Assembly (NCBI GenBank): GCA_964644565.1
Contig: CAZXWO010000002.1
Span: 35,244-99,243, forward strand
DNA from: an uncultured Thermoplasmata archaeon
GTDB lineage: Archaea > Thermoplasmatota > Thermoplasmata > UBA10834
DNA: 64,000 nucleotides
Direction of reading: 5' to 3'
Position numbers and translations under genes: made by a program. This document shows positions 57,286-64,000 of the stretch, piece after piece; position 1 is the first letter of the stretch; each line of letters starts with the position of its first letter. A model generated the notes under the pieces. That model ran no database searches. It saw only the letters and a program-made list of their open reading frames with translations, and was not told the origin of the DNA.

Positions 57286-58551
57286 ATGTACGCTAACCAG
57301 GTGGGGGTGAACTTCGGCAAGGGGATGGCTGACCCCTTCGTCCCCGCGCTGGCCATCTACCTGTCCGCCACCCCCGCGCAGCTGGGATGGCTCCAGGCGT
57401 TCGTCAACCTGTTCCCGACCGTGATGCAGGTGCCCTGGGGCAAGCTCAGCGACTTCCTGGGCCGCCGGGTCCCCTTCCTGGTGCTGGGAGGCGTCCTGTC
57501 GTTCGCGATGTACTTCTTCATGCTGGGCGCGATGAACGCCGGCCAGCTGATAATGCTGGTCGCCCTGCAGATGTTCATCGGCTCGATGATGATCCCCACA
57601 TGGTCCGCCCTGGTGGGGGACCTGACCACGCCGAGGAACCGAGGCACGATAATGGGCAGGTTCTTCGCCGTCTCGTCGGTCGCCAGCCTGGTCGCGACGA
57701 TGCTGGCCGGGTACGTGATGCCGGAGACGGGGGACAGCGTGTTCGCGATATATGCGATCCCCTTCATGCTCGCGGGGGCCAGCGGCGTCGTCGGGTCGCT
57801 CTACCTCCTGAGGGTCAAGGAGGAGAAGAGGAGGGTGTACGCGTCCCCCAGGAGGATCTTCGCCTTCAGCATGAAGTCGTTCATATTCATGTCCGACCTG
57901 AAGGAGAACCTCTACTTCAGGAACCTCGTTGTCCTCCAGTCGTCCTTCAACTTCATAATGTCCCTGATATGGCCGCTGCTGTACCTGACTTACATCGACG
58001 TCCTGGGCGCGACCCTGTTCGAGATCGCCGTGATGACCGTCATATCGACAGGGGCGACGTTGTTCTTCCAGACCAAGGTGGGGAGGCTGCTGGACCTGAT
58101 AGGGCCTATGCCCCAGATCCTGATATCCCGGTTCGCGTACATCGGCGTCCCGGTGGTCTACGCCCTGGCCACGCAGGTCTGGCACATATATGCGATGAAC
58201 GCGGTGCTCGGGTTCGCGACCGCCATGTCGAACGTGGCGTTCTTCGCGTACGTGCTGGACGTCGCGCCAGAGGAGAAGAAGGGCGAGTACTTCGCCGTCT
58301 ACAACACCCTCATAGGCGTCGCGACGTTCGTCGGGTCCATAATCGGGGGGTACCTCGCCGTGATGTTCCTCGATTTCTACGCCCAGGACCTCGTCCTCGC
58401 CCTCGGGGCGGTCTATGTGATATCGGCCTTCGGCAGGGGCGCGTGCGCGATATGGTTCTTCAAGCTGGAGGACCCCGTCAAGTACCCGAAGACTCTGAGG
58501 GGACTGATGCGGGACTGGGCGAAGCGCCAGAGGGACAGGGCGGGCGTGTAG
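57286..58551 (+). CDS. MFS transporter
   Basis: 12 TM helices, MFS motif GRRVPFL in loop 2-3. Start chosen at MYANQ (the track ORF starts 24 codons upstream). Confidence 0.7.
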   Translation: MYANQVGVNFGKGMADPFVPALAIYLSATPAQLGWLQAFVNLFPTVMQVPWGKLSDFLGRRVPFLVLGGVLSFAMYFFMLGAMNAGQLIMLVALQMFIGSMMIPTWSALVGDLTTPRNRGTIMGRFFAVSSVASLVATMLAGYVMPETGDSVFAIYAIPFMLAGASGVVGSLYLLRVKEEKRRVYASPRRIFAFSMKSFIFMSDLKENLYFRNLVVLQSSFNFIMSLIWPLLYLTYIDVLGATLFEIAVMTVISTGATLFFQTKVGRLLDLIGPMPQILISRFAYIGVPVVYALATQVWHIYAMNAVLGFATAMSNVAFFAYVLDVAPEEKKGEYFAVYNTLIGVATFVGSIIGGYLAVMFLDFYAQDLVLALGAVYVISAFGRGACAIWFFKLEDPVKYPKTLRGLMRDWAKRQRDRAGV

Positions 58552-58889
58552 CCGCGATGTCCGTCGGGTCGGGGACGTGAGAATGATGGGCTAAAAGGTT
58601 TGGAGCTCACTTCCTCATCGTGTTGCCAGCGACGTAGGCCCTGAGCTTGGCCCTCTGCGTCCTGGGGACCCAGAGGAGATCCTTCTCAAGCTGGACTAGC
58701 TTGACGGTGCTCCAAACGCCTGTTGGTCTCATCAGTTTTACACCTCCTTTTGACATGGTTCCGTCGGTCGTGCATCCCATCGGACCTGGGCGGAACCTAG
58801 CACGGGTCGCGCATCCGTCCTTCCTCTTGGGAAGAATCCGATGGGGCGGATATGTGCGCGTCCATACTCATCGTCCGGTCCTAAGCGGT

Positions 58890-59100
58890 AGGCCTATTAT
58901 ATGATTTGCCCGTTACCATTTCGATGATATTCGCATAATTATATTACTCTATGAATGTGACTGAAATCGGCCCTCTATGTCGTCCTTCGTATCAACATCT
59001 GCCGAATCTGGATGTGCATGTACATAATTATGTAATTATAGAATTATATATATTCAAAAGATGTATACAATGTGTCGTATTAAAATTAGACGGGTGACGG
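58890..59100. promoter_or_regulatory. AT-rich island (about 210 bp) with perfect 12-bp palindrome ACATAATTATGT and repeated gaaatcgg / cataattat motifs
   Basis: Sharp local drop in GC in a roughly 65% GC genome; palindrome at 59021-59032; lies about 250 nt upstream of a wHTH regulator gene. Confidence 0.35.
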
Positions 59101-59345
59101 AAATCGGAGCGGCGGCGTCGATTCGGGACTCCGGGGACTCACTCCCCCTCAACCGCCGGAGATTAGGATTATCAGGCCGATGACGACGAAGGATGCCATG
59201 AGCACGACGAACAGGAAGAGCAGGGCCCTCTTATCGATCAAGGCATCACCGACCCCGGTTATCTTGCCTCATTGGCTTAACTCTTTCCGAGGCGGGGGCC
59301 CAGTTAGGTAAGGCGCATATACAAGTTAGGGAGATTACGGCATCC

Positions 59346-60197
59346 ATGCCCATAGATGACCTCATGTCTCTCACGAGCAAGGAGCGGATACTCCTGTACC
59401 TCGTCGACTTCACGAACATGGAGGAGCGGTACGAGCTCCCGTCGGACCTGATCCAGGAGACGATATCCTACTGCACCGGCGTTCAGAGGAAGCACCTGTC
59501 GAAGTACCTGGACGACCTGCTCAGGGAGAACCTCATAGTCGAGAGGAAGGCCCACATCCAGGGCATGAAGCAGCGCATGAACGGTTACTACCTGTCCCCC
59601 GCAGGGTACTCGAGGGGATGCGAGATACGCCAGAAGGTCGGCAGCGTCGAGGTCGACGTCAAGGACAATGGCCACACGAAGAGGATGAAGGTCTGCGAGG
59701 TCGACGAGGCCACGCCGGCCAGGATCACCTACTGCGACATTGTGAGGGAGGCCATAGCCCACGGCGAACTGACTCTCCCCGACCTCCTCAGCATCGACGC
59801 CAAGAAGCGCGAGGCGCTGGAAGCGAAGGAGCGGTCCACGGACATCTACAAGCGCGCACTGCAAACGGCTTGGAGGGACGGCCAGGTCACCGCCACCGAG
59901 CGCTTCCTGATCGAGGAGCTGAGGAAGCACCTCCACATCACGGACACGCAGCACCAGTCCCTGGAGGCCGAGATCCTGAAGAAGGTCGCCCAGGACCACA
60001 TGGAGTTCCTGAGGGTGTACCGCGGGGTACTCGAGGTCGCCCTCTCCGACGGCAAGATATCCGGGCCGGAGGTCGATATCCTCAAGATGCTCCGGAAGAC
60101 CTTCATGATCTCGCGGGAGGAGCACGACCAGATACTCGTCGACGTGGAGTCGTACGTGTGCGGGCCGCCGGGCTGCGTCGGCCAGGACGCTAAGTGA
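59346..60197 (+). CDS. Winged-helix transcriptional regulator with C-terminal tandem TerB-like repeats
   Basis: N-terminal wHTH (LTSKERILLYLVDF...ISYCTGVQRKHLSKYLDDLLRENLIVER); C-terminal two repeats of the DGxxxxxE...R pattern (WRDGQVTATERFLIEELRKHL / LSDGKISGPEVDILKMLRKTF). Confidence 0.55.
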   Translation: MPIDDLMSLTSKERILLYLVDFTNMEERYELPSDLIQETISYCTGVQRKHLSKYLDDLLRENLIVERKAHIQGMKQRMNGYYLSPAGYSRGCEIRQKVGSVEVDVKDNGHTKRMKVCEVDEATPARITYCDIVREAIAHGELTLPDLLSIDAKKREALEAKERSTDIYKRALQTAWRDGQVTATERFLIEELRKHLHITDTQHQSLEAEILKKVAQDHMEFLRVYRGVLEVALSDGKISGPEVDILKMLRKTFMISREEHDQILVDVESYVCGPPGCVGQDAK

Positions 60198-60211
60198 GGG
60201 GCGGGCCGCGC

Positions 60212-61120
60212 CTATCTCCTTATCCCCGCTCTCTCTTCGCCGGTCGGGCCTTCGGAGAACGCGTACGCCATCCTTGGCGTGTTATGGTGAAAGCCCACGG
60301 ACCCCGTCCTGTCGACCATGATCACGCCGCCGAGTCCGTCGACCCGCTTCTGCAGGATTCCTATGCTTTCCTCGCACGCGGCGTAGACACCAGGGTCTCC
60401 GCCGAGCATGTCAACCGCGGTCTTCGCCAGGAGGACGGCCATTATCTTCTCCCCCCAGCCTGTGGAGGACGCAGCCCCTAGAGTGTCATCCGCGTATGCG
60501 CCTGCGCCCACTATGGGGGAGTCCCCCACCCGTCCGGCCATCTTCCTCCTAGTCCCGCCCGTGGACGTCGCACAAGCGAGGTGCCCGTCCTTGTCGATGG
60601 CGCACGCCCCGACGGTGTCATGTGGCGCGCCGGCGAACTCCTCCCTCGTCCTCAGGACACCGGTCCTGAGATACTCCCTGTAGTCCTCTAGCTCCCTGCC
60701 GACGAGGAGGTCCTCCTCCGTGCACTCAACGAACCCGTTGGCCAAGGCGAACCTGAGTGCCCCATCGCCCGCGAGCATCGAGAAATGCGTGCGCTCCATC
60801 AGGCGTCGCGCGACCCTCACGGGGTTCCTGATGTGCCTCAGCGCCGCGACGGCCCCCGACCGGAGGGAGGCCCCCTCCATTATTATGGCGTCCATCTCGA
60901 CCTGGCCGCACTGGTTCAGGACAGAGCCCCTCCCGGCGTCGAAGATCGGGTCGTCCTCCATGGATGCGACCGCCTCTTCGACAGCGTCGAGCGCGCTGGC
61001 ACCCCGCAGGAGGAGGTCCTTTCCGACCCGCACCGCGGTGGTGCAGCCTGTGAGGTGCGCCTCCACCTGGTCGTCCGGGATGTCCCACGCGCCTCCGTGG
61101 ACTATCATCGACGGCTTCAT
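60212..61120 (-). CDS. Isoaspartyl peptidase / L-asparaginase (Ntn-hydrolase, plant-type asparaginase family)
   Basis: MIVHGGAW.., GRGSVLN, DTVGACAIDKDGHLA (autocleavage Thr), TSTGG motifs. Confidence 0.85.
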   Translation of the reverse strand: MKPSMIVHGGAWDIPDDQVEAHLTGCTTAVRVGKDLLLRGASALDAVEEAVASMEDDPIFDAGRGSVLNQCGQVEMDAIIMEGASLRSGAVAALRHIRNPVRVARRLMERTHFSMLAGDGALRFALANGFVECTEEDLLVGRELEDYREYLRTGVLRTREEFAGAPHDTVGACAIDKDGHLACATSTGGTRRKMAGRVGDSPIVGAGAYADDTLGAASSTGWGEKIMAVLLAKTAVDMLGGDPGVYAACEESIGILQKRVDGLGGVIMVDRTGSVGFHHNTPRMAYAFSEGPTGEERAGIRR

Positions 61121-61155
61121 GTCACCGGAGGGGATGGTCGGGACTGCTATTAGAG

Positions 61156-61413
61156 CTACACGACCAGCTTGAAGACCTTGTCGTGCTGGCGCACCCGGTC
61201 CTTGACCTTCACGCCGACGGACTGGCCGGCCCCCGCGCTCGTCACAGGCGTCCGGTCGATCTCCATCGATTCCACCTTCTGCTCGAAGTCGGTCGTGGAC
61301 CCCTTTATCTTTATGGTGTCGCCGACGGACAGGGAGCCCGATGTGATCTCGATTGCCGCAACACAGGGTTTCGCGAAGAACAACGTCACACTACCTACAA
61401 GCTCTTCAGCCAT
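61156..61413 (-). CDS. Hypothetical small beta-barrel-like protein (85 aa)
   Basis: GDTIKIKGSTTDFEQKVESMEID..AGQSVGVKV pattern is reminiscent of EF-Tu domain-2-like barrels. Weak evidence. Confidence 0.35.
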   Translation of the reverse strand: MAEELVGSVTLFFAKPCVAAIEITSGSLSVGDTIKIKGSTTDFEQKVESMEIDRTPVTSAGAGQSVGVKVKDRVRQHDKVFKLVV

Positions 61414-61622
61414 GGTCCCCCTCTTGGAGGCAAATCCTCTTACGTCTATTAGGAAGTTTGCAGGTCCGTTGACGTGCTGGCCGACCTGCTGCGCGATGCT
61501 GCGGACCGACTGGCAACCGGGCGGGATGCGCGGTGCCGTCGCTGCGCCATCCAGTGTTCCGCGAAAGTTATAATAGGCAGTAGTGGTTCACTCACATCAG
61601 CCGGAGTCCGGCCAGGGGATGC

Positions 61623-62948
61623 ATGATGGCAGAGGCTGAGAGGTCGAAGCGCAGACCCGCGGTCAAGAGGTGCCCGACACCTCCGAGGTTCGCTGGCGAG
61701 ATGCTCAGCGTGCTATCCGACATCATGTCCGTGGAGAACCTGGACCCTGTGCTGCAGAAGATCGCTTCCACAGTCGCAGAGCTCTTCTCCGTCCGCGGCC
61801 TAATCATATCCGTCCTCGACGAGAACGCGCAGGTCTTCAGGGTCCGTGCGACCCATGGTTACCCTCCGGAGACGGCCGACAAGCTTAGGAAGTTCACCTA
61901 CAGCCAACAGCGGCTGAAGAAGGACCTGGACGAGAAGTACAAGGTCATGGAGAACGTCTACTTCGTCAGGCCGGGCCCGGAGGAGTACGTCAAGGCGGAC
62001 GAGTTCTTCTATTTCAACGTACAGGACATCACCAAGCCGCGCGGGGACCCCACGGAGTGGCACGAGCTCGATTACCTGAAGCTGCTGTTCGTGGACCGGA
62101 AGGGCTCCGTGAACGGATACATAGAGATAATCGAGCCTGTGGACAGGAAGGTCTTCGACGCCGGCACGGTCGAGGCGATGCAGATATTCTCGCAGCTGAT
62201 CGGGGTGGCCATCGAGAACGCGAAGATGTACCAGAGACAGGTCGAGGTGGCCCAGCGCTCGAAGTTCCTGGGAGACATAATCGCCCATGATATCAACAAC
62301 TACAACCAGGCGGTGACGAGCTACCTCTCCATGGCGCAGGACGAGCCCCAGGACGCGAAGAGCACCAGGAAGTACCTGGAGAGGGCGTCGTCCTCGGCGT
62401 GGTCCATCAGCGAGCTGATACAGCGGGCCAGCAAGCTGACGAAGATCGAGGAGGAGGGGGCGGAGAACCTCGGCCCCGTAGAGCTCGGCGAGGTCCTGAA
62501 GGCCAGCGTCGCCGCGGTGGCGCGGGACAACTCGGACCGCGAAGTCAAGTTCAACATCAAGCTCGGGCCTAACAGGTACTTCGCCATCGGCAACGAACTC
62601 ATAGACGAGCTCTTCACCAGCATAATGAAGAACGCGGTCGACTACGACCCCCACGAGGACGTGGTCGTCGATGTCTCGATCGGGGAGTTCTTCGTCGACT
62701 ACATGCGCTACTGGTGCGTGTCCATCGCGGACAACGGGATAGGCATCCCCGACTCCAAGAAGAGGGTCGTCTTCGGGAGGTTCAACGGGGAGGAGGGCGC
62801 ATTGCCCGCCTCCGGCCTCGGGCTTTCCACCGTGCGCGCGATCGTGGACGCGTACAAGGGGATGGTGTGGGTCGAGGACCGTGTCCCTGGGGACCACTCG
62901 AAGGGCAGCGTCTTCAAGGTCGCGCTCCCGATGACGTCCTCGCGGTGA
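61623..62948 (+). CDS. GAF-domain sensor histidine kinase
   Basis: N-terminal GAF-like region, H-box DIIAHDINNYNQAV, HATPase_c motifs (DNGIGIP, GLGLSTV). Confidence 0.8.
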   Translation: MMAEAERSKRRPAVKRCPTPPRFAGEMLSVLSDIMSVENLDPVLQKIASTVAELFSVRGLIISVLDENAQVFRVRATHGYPPETADKLRKFTYSQQRLKKDLDEKYKVMENVYFVRPGPEEYVKADEFFYFNVQDITKPRGDPTEWHELDYLKLLFVDRKGSVNGYIEIIEPVDRKVFDAGTVEAMQIFSQLIGVAIENAKMYQRQVEVAQRSKFLGDIIAHDINNYNQAVTSYLSMAQDEPQDAKSTRKYLERASSSAWSISELIQRASKLTKIEEEGAENLGPVELGEVLKASVAAVARDNSDREVKFNIKLGPNRYFAIGNELIDELFTSIMKNAVDYDPHEDVVVDVSIGEFFVDYMRYWCVSIADNGIGIPDSKKRVVFGRFNGEEGALPASGLGLSTVRAIVDAYKGMVWVEDRVPGDHSKGSVFKVALPMTSSR

Positions 62949-63006
62949 GCCTGGACTTCGGGAAGGTTTATTCTTGTCCGCAGCACATGCGGGGCCAGGT
63001 GTGGCG

Positions 63007-63765
63007 ATGCGTTTGAAGGGGAAGGTGGCGCTCATCACCGGAGGTACCGACGGCATCGGGCGTGCGTGCGCGGAGCTCTTCTTGAGAGAAGGTGCCCAGG
63101 TGGCAATAACGGGCCGTTCCGAGGAGAAGGGGCGGACCGCCGTCGAGTCCCTCTCGGGCTTCGGCGAGGTGCTCTTCGTCCGGGGGGACGTCTCGCGCGC
63201 GGAGGACGCGAGGAGGATGGTCGAGGCGACAGTGGAGAGGTTCGGCGGCCTGCACATACTGTTCAACAACGCAGGCGTGTACATCGAGAAGCTCGCCGAG
63301 GACATGTCGGAGGAGGAGTGGGACCTGCTCATGGGGGTGAACCTGAAGGGCACGTTCCTGGTGACCAAGTACGCGGTCCCCCACATGAGGCGGCAGGGCG
63401 GCGGCGTGATAGTCAACAACTCCTCCGATGCAGGGCTGATCGGCAACAGGAGCTGTCCCGCGTACTGCGCCTCGAAGGGCGGGGTGACCGTGATGACGAA
63501 GGCGATGGCCCTCGACTACGCCAAGTGCGGCATCAGGGTGAACTGCATCAACCCGGGGACCATCGACACGCCCATGCTGGCGCGTGAGGTCCAGGCGTCC
63601 GGGGACCCCGAGGCGTACATGGTCCGCACGGTGGCCGAGAGCCCCATGGGCCGGATAGGGCGGGCGGAGGAGGTCGCGAGGGCCGTCCTGTTCCTGGCCA
63701 GCGGGGAATCGTCGTTCGTCACCGGGGCCTGCCTTTCGGTCGACGGAGGGTCAACGGCCCAGTGA
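63007..63765 (+). CDS. Short-chain dehydrogenase/reductase (SDR) family oxidoreductase
   Basis: TGGTDGIGRA cofactor-binding, NNAG, catalytic S...YxxxK (YCASK). Confidence 0.85.
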   Translation: MRLKGKVALITGGTDGIGRACAELFLREGAQVAITGRSEEKGRTAVESLSGFGEVLFVRGDVSRAEDARRMVEATVERFGGLHILFNNAGVYIEKLAEDMSEEEWDLLMGVNLKGTFLVTKYAVPHMRRQGGGVIVNNSSDAGLIGNRSCPAYCASKGGVTVMTKAMALDYAKCGIRVNCINPGTIDTPMLAREVQASGDPEAYMVRTVAESPMGRIGRAEEVARAVLFLASGESSFVTGACLSVDGGSTAQ

Positions 63766-63835
63766 CGGCCGCGCCCTTTCGCGACAAACAATATATCCGG
63801 GCAGGGCCCTGGATGAACTGAGGTGTACCAACCTT

Positions 63836-64000
63836 GACTGGCAGGTCAGCATCGGACATACTGAAGGACGCGGTCGCCATGGAGGAGGACGGTATGGCCT
63901 TCTTCAAGCGCGCCTCGACGATGATGACGCGCAAGCGCTCCAGGGACATGTTCCTCAGCCTCGCGGCCCAGGAGGACAAGCACATCGCGGTCCTCAGCCA
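63836..64000 (+). CDS. Ferritin-like / rubrerythrin-family domain protein (5' partial, truncated by window end)
   Basis: Open reading frame to the window end: ..DILKDAVAMEEDGMAFFKRAS...LSLAAQEDKHIAVLS is ferritin-like four-helix-bundle sequence. Confidence 0.35.

Noticed and set aside
58607-58732. 41-aa minus-strand ORF MRPTGVWSTVKLVQLEKDLLWVPRTQRAKLRAYVAGNTMRK with faint AbrB/SpoVT-like pattern
   Set aside because: Too short for a full swapped-hairpin domain, no partner toxin gene, weak signal. Not called as a feature.
59170-59262. 30-aa TTG-initiated single-TM ORF (MIDKRALLFLFVVLMASFVVIGLIILISGG) between the AT-rich island and the wHTH gene
   Set aside because: Non-ATG start, very short, lies in a probable promoter/5' UTR. 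Insufficient evidence to call.
1-64000. CRISPR arrays, rRNA genes, transposases/IS elements
   Set aside because: No regularly spaced direct repeats, no rRNA-like conserved stretches, and no transposase/integrase-like ORFs were recognised on either strand.

Overview
High-GC (about 65%) archaeal chromosomal segment, densely packed with about 60 protein genes on both strands, one tRNA and no rRNA. Archaeal markers: sn-glycerol-1-phosphate dehydrogenase, Hel308, KEOPS Cgi121, RtcB, archaeal LonB, SepF, TrpB2, class II (B12) ribonucleotide reductase with a zinc-ribbon tail, and an HdrA/MvhD-HdrBC-like operon. The gene content fits a non-haloarchaeal euryarchaeote or Thermoplasmatota-like organism. 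Features of note: (1) a 266-aa mini-intein inside the class II RNR; (2) a three-gene cluster of multi-zinc-ribbon proteins at 30.7-35.5 kb, ending at tRNA-His, which I consider the best candidate for an undescribed system; (3) three KaiC/RecA-like ATPases, one with a degenerate Walker A; (4) a Ras/Rab-like small GTPase beside an AT-rich intergenic region carrying tiny lysine-rich ORFs; (5) a nuclease-rich neighbourhood (DHH/RecJ-like, RNase H-like YprB exonuclease, Mre11-like metallophosphoesterase); (6) an AT-rich island with a perfect 12-bp palindrome upstream of a wHTH plus TerB-like regulator; (7) a tRNA-His with genomically encoded G-1 and CCA. No transposases, integrases, CRISPR arrays or rRNA were found. 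Many long ORFs in the six-frame track are GC-driven shadow ORFs and were rejected. All calls rest on manual motif and homology recognition from the translated sequences; no searches were run.
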